DNA from: a virus
Taxonomy: Duplodnaviria > Caudoviricetes
DNA length: 64,000 nucleotides
Strand: one strand, 5' to 3'
IMG/VR virus record: IMGVR_UViG_3300031992_000074
Span: 1-64,000 of that record
The number at the start of each line of letters is the position of its first letter. Position 1 is the first letter of the stretch. Position numbers and translations under genes: made by a program. Below the pieces are notes generated by a model, which saw only the letters and a program-made list of their open reading frames with translations, had not been told where the DNA came from and did not search any database. Below are positions 42,267 through 55,020 of the stretch, one piece after another.

Positions 42267-42986
42267 TTAATCTTCTCAACCAATATAATTTTCGGTTGTA
42301 TCATCATTTATAACTAAAAAAGTTAAATCAACTGCGTTAGCATTTGAATTAAAATATAAAGATTTATTTACTTGAACTACCGCTTTATCTATATGTATCC
42401 AAGTTTCAGTAGTTTCATCATCTTCATTAGAAATAGTAGATATATCTAAAGTTACATAAACATTGTTTCTTTTATCAAGAGAATAAAGATTATTTGTAAT
42501 AACTTCATATACAACTGTATAATATGCATCTGCATTATCTACTACAATTTCGTCCTCATCTAATGTTGAATATGCTTTTTCAAGCGTTGGCGCCGCATTT
42601 TCATCATCAGCATAGAAAACATATACTAATTTCTTTTGTTTTCCTAAACCTTTAGTAAGATATAATTTATAATCTTCAGAAGATAAGATTTTTTCCTGGA
42701 AAGTTACCGAAAATCCTTCTTTTTTTAAATAAATTAGATTCAAAATCTTATCTGTGAGTGTTACATTATATATTGAAAAACTATTAATTTTTTCTGTTGC
42801 GTATCCAGCATTTCTGTCTGTTCCAGCCATATCAACACTACGAGAATTAAAATTAATAACACCATTTTCACCATGTATGATAGTATATGGCTCGTGGTCA
42901 TATGTTATTTTATAATCTCCAATTGGGTCAGAACTGTATGCACGAATAATACAATCGATTTGATTTCCTATCTTATGTGTTGCCAT
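42267..42986 (-). CDS. Tail-region structural/hypothetical protein, ~239 aa
   Basis: GAGGTG RBS before ATG 42986; TGA at 42276 is followed two codons later by TAA 42267. Confidence 0.6.
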
Positions 42987-43063
42987 ACTAACACCTCTTC
43001 TTTTCTCTAATAATAGTATAGACCACAAAATTGAAAATATCAACTATGGAGATGTGGCAAAAT

Positions 43064-43094
43064 AAAAAGACTCACGATTTTCATCGTAAGTCTT
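43064..43094 (-). terminator. Terminator after major tail gene
   Basis: AAGACTCACGAT-TTTC-ATCGTAAGTCTT imperfect hairpin. Confidence 0.5.
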
Positions 43095-43104
43095 AAATTA
43101 GTTA

Positions 43105-44004
43105 TTAGTCTTTTAGACCGTTATCCTCTATAATTTGTGCATTAGTAGCATAATCTAATCTAGGTAAAATAGTATAGAATGTACCAGTTATAACGCCATC
43201 TTCGTCTCCTGCTGTTTCATCATCACCGATAAGAATTTTAACTTCATTTAAGTCACCATTCATATCAAATACAGTAGCATCTCCTTCTGCATCTTGAGTT
43301 AATGATAATAATGAGTCAGATAAGAAGTCATAGAAAATAATATATGCTTGAACTTGCTTACCAGTGTTAGCATCAACAAGGAAAGTATCACCAACAACAG
43401 TTTTATGACCTGCAAAAGTAGTTGTAGCATGTAATGCATCAGTAGCACCTTTAGTTAAAGTAGCATCAGTCGCTAAATCTGTTCTAAAATATTCAACAGT
43501 TAAACCTGTTAAAGCTTCTAGAGCTTCTGCGTTACCTAATGCATTTTGCATTTCAAGACGAGCAGTCTTACCATATTTAACTAATGGAGAAGCGTTTTGT
43601 CCACCAGTAATAGTTTTAGTAGGACCTTCTTGAGTAGCATTTGCAGTCTTTAAGTACTTTAAGTAAGAAATTTCCTTAGTCATTAAATATAATGCAATAA
43701 TTTCATTAGCTTTTAAATCTTCAAAATTAATTTTTGCATTTTCATTTAACTCATAAGTGTAAGATCCTTCAGATTCTTCAGATTCACTTCTAGTAACAAA
43801 AGTATTCTTAATATTATATAAAGCTTCTAATTGAGTATTGGTAAAAGTTTTTGTTGCTGTATGATCTTGAAGTTCTTTCATTGTCATACCATCATAAACA
43901 TCATAAATCTTTGCGTTCATAACGGTAACAATACCAAAGTTTCTTAAAGCAGAGTTCCAAGCTGCACTACTATTTTTTAAATTACTATAAGAATTTGTAG
44001 CCAT
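43105..44004 (-). CDS. Major tail tube protein (SPbeta-like family)
   Basis: TITGGQNASPLVK..ARLEMQNAL, FAGHKTVVGDT, LTQDAEGDATVFDM; high-expression codon style; no TGA. Confidence 0.7.
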   Translation of the reverse strand: MATNSYSNLKNSSAAWNSALRNFGIVTVMNAKIYDVYDGMTMKELQDHTATKTFTNTQLEALYNIKNTFVTRSESEESEGSYTYELNENAKINFEDLKANEIIALYLMTKEISYLKYLKTANATQEGPTKTITGGQNASPLVKYGKTARLEMQNALGNAEALEALTGLTVEYFRTDLATDATLTKGATDALHATTTFAGHKTVVGDTFLVDANTGKQVQAYIIFYDFLSDSLLSLTQDAEGDATVFDMNGDLNEVKILIGDDETAGDEDGVITGTFYTILPRLDYATNAQIIEDNGLKD

Positions 44005-44023
44005 CTTTATACCTCATTTTTAA

Positions 44024-44758
44024 TTATTTTATAAAGAAATTGGGTGTTTGTCCCTTTTTCAAATTGCCGGAAGCGTAAGCCATTTTGGTTACGTCATAAG
44101 ACACTGACTGTGCGGCATAGGTATATAATCAGTGAATTTGAGCCATTGTTTGATTAAATAAATAATCAAATGTGAGAGCAGGAATTTGATAAGATATAGT
44201 AAGCAAAATTTTTAAAATTTGCTCAGTATCTCCACCGTTCTTGTTTTTGATTTTATTGACTTGCTTTTCAAACTCTTTTTGAGCCAGATAGAGTTGTCTA
44301 GCAGCCTCATTTTCAAAAACAGGTGTTTTTTCCTCTTTTTCTCCACAAGATAATTTTAAAATATTTATGATATAATTTCAAATATCTGATGTAATAATAA
44401 CATCATTTGCAATAAGTTCTTTTTTCTTAAAATCAAAAAATAAATTATGAATTAATGTACTTAATTGCTCACGTAATAATGATACTATTTTAGTATATTG
44501 AGCATACATACCAAATTCAAAAATTAAATTTTTAATTTCTGTTAAGCTATCTTCTGATTGAAATTGAGTTGGTAATAATTTCTTTCTATACTCATCTCTA
44601 CAAATTATTGTATAACAAGTTGCTCATTCTTCATTAGAGAAAAAATTTTTTAAAGATTTTAAATATAAAATAATTACTTGATTACCAATAAAAATTTTTA
44701 CTTCTTTATTGTCTTTTATAAATAAATTTAAAATCGAATAATTACTATTAATTTCCAC
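44024..44758 (-). CDS. Hypothetical tail-region protein, 244 aa (GTG start, 3 TGA=Trp); absent from ORF track
   Basis: Open frame from GTG (overlapping the upstream TAG) to TAA 44024; GAAAGGGG RBS. Confidence 0.7.
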
Positions 44759-45279
44759 TATAAATCAGCCCCTTTCGAAGGTTGGTCTGAAATTTGGAAT
44801 TCAATCTTATAACCAAATAGATAATTAGAATATGAAATAGCAGTAGAAGAAAGAACTTCAAGTTGTCCTGAGCAACTGAACTTTGTACCATCTATTAAAT
44901 CAACTATTTCTGATTCTAATTCCATTAAACGTAAATTATGGTCTTTTAATACTAAATGGTCTAAATCTGAACAAATAAAAATAGAACCAGAAAATAAATT
45001 ATTATTATCTTTCTTATCTAATGTTACATCTGTTGCAACATTAATTACCATAAAAGTATTTCGTCCCATTTCTTTTATTCCTGTTTCACTCAAGGGAGAA
45101 ATAGAAATATACTTGTTATCCATTAATTGTTTGAAAGTAAGCGGAGTAAAATCGATTGATAATGCATCAATCGAATCTACCACTAATAATCTTTGAATAA
45201 TTTCATTTTGTGAAAAAAGACGGCTTAACTCTAATGGTAATTTTTTAATGTTCTTAAAATTTTTAACCATCCTATTCAC
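44758..45279 (-). CDS. Putative tail terminator / head-tail completion protein
   Basis: Position between head-completion and tail-tube genes; start may be 45270. Confidence 0.5.
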   Translation of the reverse strand: MNRMVKNFKNIKKLPLELSRLFSQNEIIQRLLVVDSIDALSIDFTPLTFKQLMDNKYISISPLSETGIKEMGRNTFMVINVATDVTLDKKDNNNLFSGSIFICSDLDHLVLKDHNLRLMELESEIVDLIDGTKFSCSGQLEVLSSTAISYSNYLFGYKIEFQISDQPSKGADL

Positions 45280-46102
45280 CGTCCTTTGTATAAGTTATAG
45301 TAACTATTGTACCTTGTTGCTTAACTTCAATTTCAACTATATCAATTCCAAAAGGAATTGAGAATTTAACTAAATTGCTTGTTCTAGAAACAACATTTAA
45401 TACATTACAAGAAGTTCTAAAATATCCATTTTCAGTTTCAACTTCATATATCTTATTTGGAATAATTATATAATCTGAATCATCATCATATTGAACTTCT
45501 TCCGCTTGCTCTATTATAGGCTCTTTGTCTACACGAGTTTCAATAACATCTTTACTCATAGTAGTTGGAGTAACTGAATAATATGTTACGCCTGGATGAG
45601 TATAATTATCAAACTCTTGAATTAATCAAGCTCTATCAGCAATCATTACTTTATCATTGTAATCAAATGGTTTTCCTGCGGTAACTAATAAAGGTTTTGC
45701 TAGTGATTTAATAAAAGATTTTTCTCTTAAACTTACATCAATATAATCATCTTTCTTAAAATACCATCAAGTACCATCAGCTTCTATATTACATAAAAGG
45801 GCATGATATTTTCTAAATTTTACATCTTTAATAATAATGATTTCTTCATCAATTAAAAAATGTAAACCTTTAGCGTTCCAACAAGAGCCAATTTGAATTG
45901 GTTCGTTGTATGGAGTATAAATATATCCCTCATCATTTTCTTGTTTATTATATACATAAGCAAGTTGAGTAACTGTATCGTCTGCATCACTAATCATAGT
46001 AATAGATGCATAACCTAATGCGACAAAATCCGCATTTACACTCTTTTCCGATTTGTTCATCAACTCATTACGTTGTTTAAATCTCTCAAACGAACTAGCC
46101 AT
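45272..46102 (-). CDS. Putative head-closure protein, 276 aa (2 TGA=Trp)
   Basis: Joins track ORFs 45767-46111 and 45272-45559 in one frame. Confidence 0.6.
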
Positions 46103-46604
46103 TAATATCACCTACCGCTGGACGCTTTGATGTATTAACTCTACTATAATGCTCTTCTAACTCTCTTGCATCCGCACGATAAGTGCTATATTGTTTAATC
46201 CACTTATCTATTGCATTAGCTTTTGAGAAAGTTTTTATGTTTGAATCAGTATAAATGTCTTCATAATTATTGGAATTAGACATTAATCTTTCGCACCAAT
46301 ATACTTTCATTCATGCGATGATAATCGATACCTCAGCATACTTAACTTCATCTGAGTTGAAATATGCATGAGGTACTCCATCTTGATCATCATCAGTAAC
46401 TTCTACGGTATTACCGTTGTCGTCGGTTTTCGCATAATAAGTGGTGTAGTCTAATGAGGTATGAGGAAATTTAAAAGCAGATATGGCACGACATGCTAAA
46501 TAATAGCATTCTTCATCTAACATATCTTTTGTAATTACGCCATAATATGAACCTCTTATTGTATCCCTAAAAGCGGGATATAAACAATCATCTCATCTTT
46601 GCAT
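46095..46604 (-). CDS. Head-tail connector/adaptor-like protein, 169 aa (2 TGA=Trp)
   Basis: MQRW*DD.., AISAFKFP, IIIAW*MKVYWCER..SNIKTFSKAN; GAGGTG RBS. Confidence 0.65.
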
Positions 46605-46627
46605 ATATTACACCTCTTTACTTATTT

Positions 46628-47128
46628 TTATTCTTCGTTCAAAGAGAATGATACTTTTAATGTTTGTTCAAGCATTTGCTTTACACCAACAGTAAGTTTA
46701 TCAATGTTTGCTTTTGCTATATCCATAACTTTGTCTTTACCAAAATCTTTTATTGCAGATTCGATTGCTGCTCTGTTACCCTTTTGTAGGCGGGTAAGAA
46801 TAGTTTCATTTGTTTTTTCATCTGCGGGTACAAAGTCTAATTCATCTGCGAAATAAAGATTGGCTTCTTTTGCAGCTTGTAACAATTCATTGGTGTCACT
46901 AAAAGTGAAATACCCTTTCTTAAATAATCTATAAACATCGTTATTAGTAAAAACGCCTAATGCTAAACTGATTGGCATAATTATTTCTTTATTTGTATTG
47001 CTTGCACCTAACTTAATTAATCTTACATTTGAAGGATTATCATAAGGTGATAAATTAAAGATAATTAAATTTGGTGTTGTGTTAATCATTCTAATTGTTT
47101 TGTTAAAATTTACTTCGGACATATTCAA
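46628..47128 (-). CDS. Hypothetical protein downstream of capsid gene
   Basis: Intact ORF; the RBS suggests a start at 47119. Confidence 0.6.
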   Translation of the reverse strand: MNMSEVNFNKTIRMINTTPNLIIFNLSPYDNPSNVRLIKLGASNTNKEIIMPISLALGVFTNNDVYRLFKKGYFTFSDTNELLQAAKEANLYFADELDFVPADEKTNETILTRLQKGNRAAIESAIKDFGKDKVMDIAKANIDKLTVGVKQMLEQTLKVSFSLNEE

Positions 47129-47188
47129 AGTCCCCTTTCTGATAATTTTTATTTTTGGATTTTTATTTTAAAATTAAATGAATAATCG

Positions 47189-47211
47189 GAAGAGTGGGGT
47201 TACCACTCTTC
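47189..47211 (-). terminator. Terminator after major capsid gene
   Basis: GAAGAGTGG-GGTTA-CCACTCTTC perfect 9 bp stem. Confidence 0.75.
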
Positions 47212-47225
47212 TTCATTTATTGCTA

Positions 47226-48323
47226 TTAGTTGTTTTGGATGAATTCAGAATCTTCTAATCCATCAACTGCAGCATCAGATACTTCGATAACTGCATAGTT
47301 GTTAGCCATAGCAAGACCAACACCTAACATTCTATGAATTTCCCACTTTTCTCCACCAACAGCGTTGTTGTTCTTTTGGATCATAGTGTCGCCCTTGAAT
47401 GCAACTTTAACTGGTTTAACGCCTGTAGGTAATAAGAATACCTTGTTAACGTCATAGAACCACTTAGTATTAGAGTTGTCTAGTAAGTAGTTAGGTAATT
47501 CAATTACTTGAGCACCCTTGTAAATAGTTACGTGACCTAAACGTCTAACATCTTCGTTGTCTTCACGAGTTGGATATTGGATTACTACACCACCAGTAGT
47601 TGTTGAAGCAACTGGGTTGTATAATTCAGAAATTGCTTGGTATGAACCAATAATTGTAGGTTGACCATAAGCTTTAACATATGGCATTACTACGTCGATA
47701 GCTTGACCTAATGTAGCCTTAGTAGCAACGATCTTACCACCTTGAGCTTCACCAATTCTAGCATATCCTGCAGCTGGAGTACCAGATGCTAATTCTTCGA
47801 AGATTTCCTTATAGATTTCTTCTTGGAATCCTTCAACGATTGTAGCAAACATTTCAGCTAGACTTACCTTACCAGCAAGTAATTCTTCTAATGAAATGAA
47901 TACTGCAGCAGTTTCAACGAAAGTAGGTAAACTGAATGTAGCAGATGTTAATCTAGCTGCACGGTAGATACCTTCTCTTGAACCTTTGCTAATAACTAAT
48001 TTAGCACGATTCTTACCTAACTTGTTAAGTTCGAATACAACTTCTTCATCTCTAGCAAAAGTTTTAACTTCAGCAAATTGACCTAAAACGTCTCTGATTT
48101 TTGCAGGAACGATTTCATCAACAGCTTCTTCGATTAATGCGAATGCAGCACCTTCTACTGCTCTGATGTCTCTAACAGATGCATTTTCAGGTAAACCTAA
48201 AGTTTCGCAAATTGCTTTAACAGCTGCTTCATTTACATCTAAAGCTGAGAAAGTTGTGTCGCCAAATGCTACAGGTTGGTTTTGGCAAGCGCCTTTAATT
48301 AATGTTAATAATTCTTTTTCCAT
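47226..48323 (-). CDS. Major capsid protein (HK97 fold), 365 aa
   Basis: FALIEEAVDEIVP..LGQFAEVKT, position after protease/decoration genes, strong codon bias, following terminator; no TGA. Confidence 0.85.
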   Translation of the reverse strand: MEKELLTLIKGACQNQPVAFGDTTFSALDVNEAAVKAICETLGLPENASVRDIRAVEGAAFALIEEAVDEIVPAKIRDVLGQFAEVKTFARDEEVVFELNKLGKNRAKLVISKGSREGIYRAARLTSATFSLPTFVETAAVFISLEELLAGKVSLAEMFATIVEGFQEEIYKEIFEELASGTPAAGYARIGEAQGGKIVATKATLGQAIDVVMPYVKAYGQPTIIGSYQAISELYNPVASTTTGGVVIQYPTREDNEDVRRLGHVTIYKGAQVIELPNYLLDNSNTKWFYDVNKVFLLPTGVKPVKVAFKGDTMIQKNNNAVGGEKWEIHRMLGVGLAMANNYAVIEVSDAAVDGLEDSEFIQNN

Positions 48324-48338
48324 TCTTTCTCACCTCTA

Positions 48339-48920
48339 TTACTTTAAGAATACATAAGTATATGATGGTTGACCATCAGCAAACTTATTGCAATCTAAGA
48401 AATCATCTAAACAATATTGAGCATGATCAGTCTTTGTAGAGTCACCATCAATATAGTTTCTAGTAATGCATGCGATACGACCATCAGCAATAGCATCTGC
48501 CATTTGATCGCTATCTGGAGCATAAGTAGTAGTGAATTCATCACCAGGAATTAATTGTACTAAACGAGCAGGATCTTCAGTGATTTCTGCAGCATAGTAG
48601 CTATATCCACCAAATGGTAATAATTCTTCAGTATAAGTTACAAATAATGGAGCTGTTTCATCAGCATTAGTTGCATAATCAATATAACCATCAGCAGTTA
48701 ATTGAGCTAATTGACCATTTTCAACAAATAATTTACCAGGTACTTTTGTAGTGTTGATTAACTTATTAGCTGCAGCGATTGCTGTTGCATCCTTTAATGT
48801 ACCATCAGCGTTATAAACACCTTTTGGTTCAACTTGTGCTACAACGAAGCCAGGTTGTAAACCTTTTAAGTTATTAGGTTCAATAATGTTGAATTTTGGT
48901 AAAAAATCAAAAATATTCAT
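48339..48920 (-). CDS. Capsid decoration/stabilising protein (putative)
   Basis: Between protease/scaffold and capsid genes; high-expression codon style; VENGQL..FVTYTEE..PGDEFTT. Confidence 0.55.
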   Translation of the reverse strand: MNIFDFLPKFNIIEPNNLKGLQPGFVVAQVEPKGVYNADGTLKDATAIAAANKLINTTKVPGKLFVENGQLAQLTADGYIDYATNADETAPLFVTYTEELLPFGGYSYYAAEITEDPARLVQLIPGDEFTTTYAPDSDQMADAIADGRIACITRNYIDGDSTKTDHAQYCLDDFLDCNKFADGQPSYTYVFLK

Positions 48921-48942
48921 TCTTATAACCTCATATATCTTT

Positions 48943-50472
48943 CTATTTATTTAGGACTTTTGCAACGATGTGTCCTAGATCATCGGTTTTATCTTGTGTT
49001 GAATCATTTTTTACCATTGGGTTACAGAAACCTCTAATGATAGTATTTTGAGAATTTTTATAGATTCTTAATAATTCAACGGTTAAATCAGCGAATTCAT
49101 ACTCATCTACTTTAGAAACAAATTCAGTAAATTGTTCATTACTTAATGCATCTTTATATTCATTAATTAGTTCGATTTTTTGCTTTCTCTGATTACTCTT
49201 AAGTTCTTCTTGTTCACTATTAGTAAATGTGGAAGCACTTGCGCCTTCTTCTTGTTTGTTGTTTTCATCTTCATTTACACTATAGGCAGATGAACTCTCT
49301 TGAACTTGCGAATCAGGTGTTTGCTCTTGATTTTCGTCTGCAGGAATTTCTTCCGCATTACTTACTTCTTCTGACTGAACTTGAGCTTGAGCTGGGTCGC
49401 CAATAGGTTGCTCAGGAGTAGGTTCTGTTTGAACTTCTTCTATAACTTCAGGCTCTGATTGTTCCTCTTCAGGAGCATCAAAATCTTCAGTAGGAGTTTG
49501 TTCTACAACTTCTTCTGGGCTAGCTTGGTTTTCTGGATTCACATTTGTTGGGTCTTCAAAAATTTGGCTAGGCTCACTTGCTGGTTCAACAGGAACGTAA
49601 GTAGGTCTAACTTCAACAACGTCACCTAAAGTGACTTCACCATTTTCTGTGCAAGTATATTGAATATCTAAATACTTTTTACCACCCATATAATAATATA
49701 TAACAAAAACGACATGATCGTTAAATGCATCTAATAAAATAGGGTATCCGTCTTCGCTATATTCTTGCATAATGGCTGATGAAACTTTTTCACTTATGTC
49801 ACCCCAAGAAAGCTCCATAAAATCAGAATTCATTTCTCCGCCTCCCTTTTCTACATCATTATTAATATTTGTAGAGTTATCGCAATATTCTCTTAATAAC
49901 TTCATTTTTTCTTCAAAATTAGAATTACTAAAGAAACCAGAACCAGTAAACGCAGGTCTTTGGTCATCGCCTAATATGCTAACACCAATGATTTCTCCCT
50001 CAGTAAACTCCATATTTTTGAAGTGTTTCTTTTCGTCATAGTTAATTTTGTACTTAACAGTACTTGGATTTAACTCTAAAGATTGACTATGACCAACAAT
50101 CTTTTTAGCTATTTCGCCAACTTCTCCAGGGCGTTCAGTGTATAATACTACATCACAAATAGCTCATACGTTACCGTCTTCCATAGTTACAAATGCTGGC
50201 TCACATTTAGGGTCAACGATACCATAAATTGCTTGTTCAGATGCATGACCAACAAAATCATCTTTTTCTCGATCATAATATCCAACGACTGGAGCATATG
50301 CTGCTGTCTTAACTACTGCTTCGGCAAATTCATCACTAAAATATCTTCCATCTGCGGTTGTACCTTTATAAAAAATATTTAGTTTACAACGACTAAAGCG
50401 TGTATCCTTTTCATCAGTAGTAAAATCATGCATACTGGCAGGTAAGCTAAAGTTTAATTTTTTCTTCTTCAT
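48943..50472 (-). CDS. Prohead protease + scaffold, 509 aa (1 TGA=Trp)
   Basis: Track ORFs 50164-50472 and 48943-50013 join via TGA 50164. APVVGYY..FVGH, HSQSLEL, GVSILG..PAF; acidic P/E/Q-rich scaffold region. Confidence 0.8.
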
Positions 50473-50503
50473 TGTTTACCTCTAGTTCTACTGTTCTTGA
50501 TTG

Positions 50504-52111
50504 CTATTCCTTAGTTTGCTTTTTATCATCTGATGGCTCAATTCCAGATTCTTTATCAGCCTGGTCGGAATTCTTACTACTTGATGAATCATCACCTTTG
50601 CTTTCATCACTTTTCTCATTTCCGCTCTGAGTATATGATGTTTGCATTGGTTTTAAATCATTAAGATGTAAGTAGTCTTCAAGAATAAGTTGATCTTGAA
50701 TATTTTTTTGTTTGGTTCCTGATGCTATAAAGTAATCAAGTTTATTAACTCCAAGAGTTGCATTATCCTTATATATCTTTATATCATCATTATAAGTATA
50801 GTTTGAAATTGGTAAAATTTCAATATCGGCTTGATAGTTTTTTCAGTCTCATCCATTGTTGACAGCGATAATATAGAAGTTAGTTATAGCTTCAACGTAT
50901 GTATAAATAACACTTTTATCTCTACGAATTGTCATTTTTAATGCTTCAACACTATCAGAAGTGAAAATTGTACTATTTAAACCTGCATTATTGAATATAT
51001 CTCTATATGCTTTTGCTGTTACATCACTATCTGAGTTTTCTGTATCACTAATTTTTTCGACATGAACTTCACCTCATGTAGTAATTAAACGAGCTTTATC
51101 ATCAACTTCAATTTTATTACGCAACGAACGGTGTAAATCTTGAACTTCATCAACAGTAAAAATTAAATCATTTTGGAAATGAGGCATTGTTTGAACAACT
51201 AAATATTTTAATAAATTGCCGTTACGCTCTAATTCATTATCTTGATATTGCTCATAATTACCAATAGAACCTAAAGTGTATAATAAATATGGAATACCTT
51301 CTGGATTTAACATAATTGCAGTTGAAAAACGAGGGTCTAATGTTTGCCATAAATCATTTTTAGGGTCTTTTTTATATTTTTTATATAATTCAGCAAATTC
51401 TTCAGAAAATGCAGTTTTGATATAATTTATAGTGTCTTTTTCATTTGCGTATCCTAAAGTATCAAAATAATCTAATCTAAATTGAATAATTGTAGTGCCA
51501 TATTGAGTTTGAGCAATAGTTTTACAATAGTGAGGTGGTAATAATAATGTACTTACACAAAATCTTTCTTTATCAAAAATAGCAGTAAGATATACGCTAC
51601 CTTGAGTATATAAATTAGTTAAAATTTCAGGATATATTGTTTCAATACCAATGCCATCAACTACTTCAAGCATTTCTTTATAAGTTAAATCATACTTTTT
51701 GTTCGCCGCACTAGTATTTAATTTTTTTACTCTACTATTAGTCATTAATTCATGAGGAATTACTTTATATCTATAAATAAAGAATTTCGCAAAATAATCT
51801 ACAATAGACTTATAAACGGGATTAGTCATATAAAGTCTAGTAGAAGTATCAATTAAAACTTGTTTTTGAGTACTTGCTATACCAGAATTAATTGCTTTTT
51901 GTAATATATTGCGGATTTCTTCTGCCTTTTTTAACTTTAAATTTTTATAGATGTATGGTTGGTTAGTTCTATTACCTCTAGTAGTTTCATCATCATAAAA
52001 AGTTTTTAAATTTTTTGCATCTACTCTTTTTGTAGAGAAATTAATAGCATCTTGTTGCTCTTTTACTTCTGTTGTTTTGCTATTATTGTTGCTTTTGTTA
52101 TTCTTACTCAT
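50504..52111 (-). CDS. Portal protein, 535 aa (3 TGA=Trp)
   Basis: Between TerL and protease; reads through TGA 51074; LKPMQTSYTQSG near the C-terminus. Confidence 0.8.
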
Positions 52112-52128
52112 TAAAATGACACCTCTTT

Positions 52129-53940
52129 CTAATTAAAAAATGCAATTTTGCGCTTTTTATTACTATTGCGCGCTTTATTTTTATAATACTCTAATTCTAT
52201 ATACTGATTTACACCTCATACAAGATATTCAGCCATAGAAAAGTAGTCTTTTTGTATTTTATCATTACGTCTAACAACTTTAACTTTATTAGATAAGTTA
52301 TCAGAAGTAGAAGCGATATCTAGATTTTTTAACTCCATCTCCATTTTATCCATTACTTTAAATGGTTGAAGATATGTTAGTTGCTTCTTTTGAGACATAT
52401 CCATAAATGTTTTGTTACGGCCAAATAGTTGGACTGCCTCTTGAGAACGAATTGGGAATGTTAATGCTCCTGTACTCATACGAGAAAAGAAAAATCAATG
52501 AATATGTTCAGTATTGCCGCTACCTGCTTTTATTTCATAACAAATAGTAGCTTCTTTTTCTCATTTATGTAATTCTTTTTCTACATCAGATGGCGGATTA
52601 ATAATTCCATAACCTCTATAAATTTCACCTGTCATTTCATCTTTTGTTTCCTTATTTAATCAGTCACGGATTGCCGCACCGATACCATTAGCATCGTATA
52701 TAAGCATTTTTGCATGATAAGTTATAACTGTATGCTTTAAAATATTTGCAACAGCTAAATAATCACTAATACTAATATCAAATAAATTAACAAACTTATA
52801 TGTAAAGAAGTGGTCTTTTGGTATAACTTTTGCTACACCAACTGCCGTATCCGCTTTACCATCTTTCGCCATATCGGCACATACTACATAAAAACAATCG
52901 TTTGACTCTTGTGCAGGAGAAAGATTATATTCTAATTCAACTTTTTTGATTTGTCTTAAAGTTGAAATTAATGATGCTGAGAAAGCCGCACCTGCTGGCG
53001 CATCAGACCAAACAGATTCATATTCACGCTCAAAAGAGTCTTTACTAAATGATGGCGAATTGATAACATCTTCAATTTGTTTACGAGATGTTAGTCCATT
53101 TTTTAATGGAATACGATATGTCGCACCAATTACGAAATATTTATCAGGTTCAATAACTGAACGACATAATATTTCTATCATCTTTTGATATGCGAACGTG
53201 CCCTGATATCCTGCCGTCGTAACATAGGTCTGTTGTGACTGAGGTTCATATGGATTTATTAAACCATTACTCATAGCACGAGGACGGTTTAACATTGGAA
53301 TTAAAACTTCGTTTACTTTTATTGGGTCTTGCTCAATAATTTCCTCGAAAATTAATGACTCTTTACGCAAACCACGGACACCACCAATTTGTAGTGATGA
53401 ACCATTACGGAAGTTAAATTCTACATAGTCAGTACCCATTTTATAGGCATCTAGGACTTTTCCACCTTTTTTAATCTTCTGCATTTCATTAGCTAAGAAA
53501 GGGAATTTAACCCATAAGTCATTAACAATCTTTTGTTTGGCAATTTCTGCCGCTTGTTTATTTGTACCCGCTGTTACCGCAGTATTGTGGTGCGGGATAA
53601 AAATACATTTTAAATATTTATCTAAGTCTGCAAGGAATGATTTTGAGAAACCACGCGAACAATATACATAAGTATTTATTCCACGAGCCATTACACGTAA
53701 AACAATACGTTGAATTGCAAATAAGTGGAATGAAGATTTTTTTGGAATAATTAAATCAACAAACATATCTGGATATGCAATAAAAGTATTTAATATTTCA
53801 GCTCATTCGTCAAAATGTTCATCAATACGCTCTTTTGTAATTGCACCGGTATGATCGTTTTCATCATCAGACATTAAATCCATTAATTCATAAACTTCAT
53901 CTTCAATATCAAAGTCTAAATCAGTAGAAGTAGAAAGCAT
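52129..53940 (-). CDS. Terminase large subunit, 603 aa (5 TGA=Trp)
   Basis: CSRGFSKSFL Walker A-like, GLRKESLIFEEI Walker B, nuclease VCADMA, DANGIG..W*, KDYFSM. Confidence 0.92.
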
Positions 53941-53943
53941 ATA

Positions 53944-54954
53944 CTATTCCTCCTTATTGAAATTTATACTTAATGCTTCTTCGTCTGATTCAGTATCTAC
54001 ATTAATCTCTGTATTTGCTTTAATTAAGTCTTCTAGAGTTACATCTCTCTCTACATCTTCAGATAAAGTTTGCTCAGTCTGTTCTTTCTTTTGTTCTATC
54101 ATTTCTTGTAATTGAGATTGTAAACCAGTAGCTTCCAAAATAGTTCTACGATTAGTATTTTGAATATCTTTTATTGCTACATCAATTTCATCCCTATCAA
54201 AATTATCATAAAATCTAAATTTGTGTCCTTTGTCTTCAAAATATTGGAACATTTCAGATAATGTTGTAATATCATCTGTTTTTGTATTAGCAATCATATC
54301 TTCTAGGTCTGCTTGTTTTGCTAATGTAGCCCAAGTATTACCAAAATCTTTAATTGCTTTTGCATCTTCTGCCTCAATTGCTTTATCCATTTCAATTTGC
54401 ACCTTACAAAGCGAACGGATTGCCGCTTTTTGAATTGGGTTTATTACAGCATTGGCTTTTAATGTCTTTGTATAAATATCATCAAGACGATATAATTCTT
54501 CAAAAGAATATTGAGGGCCCCATCTTAAATGGCCTCTGTCAATATAAGATTCTTTAATTGGTTCAATGCGTTTTAATATATCATATAATGAACGATTTTT
54601 TTCTCACTCTTTGTTCGTTAATGCTCATAAATCCGCAGTAGTAGAGGTATAATATAAATTATGTCTTTCTTCATCGTATCTAGTAAACATATATTCAGCA
54701 TAGATTGCAAAGGTTTCTTCTTTATATTCTTTACTTATTTCAATTCATTTATTTGGATCGAAAGGTAAATTATATGTTCTACAGAAAAAATCTGCGTGTT
54801 GAATATTATCATATTTTAATTGTTTATTAATACAAGAGAAACAAATAGTATTACCACTTAATGGATTATTTGAATACATTACCTTTGTTTTCTTACCACA
54901 AGAAGGACATGTTTTTGTGGGAAAACTAAAAATTTCTGCTTTTGATATTTCCAT
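53944..54954 (-). CDS. Putative terminase small subunit / packaging accessory with N-terminal CxxC pairs, 336 aa (3 TGA=Trp)
   Basis: Joins track ORFs 54745-54954 and 53944-54402; directly upstream of TerL; RWGPQYSFEEL motif. Confidence 0.6.
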
Positions 54955-55020
54955 TATATCACTCCTTCTTAAAAATATTATAGTCTAGTAAAAATAAAAT
55001 ATCAAAAATAGACTTTTTAC

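Noticed and set aside
41846-43104. Programmed -1 frameshift tail chaperone pair
   Set aside because: The position fits, but I found no convincing slippery heptamer linking the two ORFs, and each has its own RBS.
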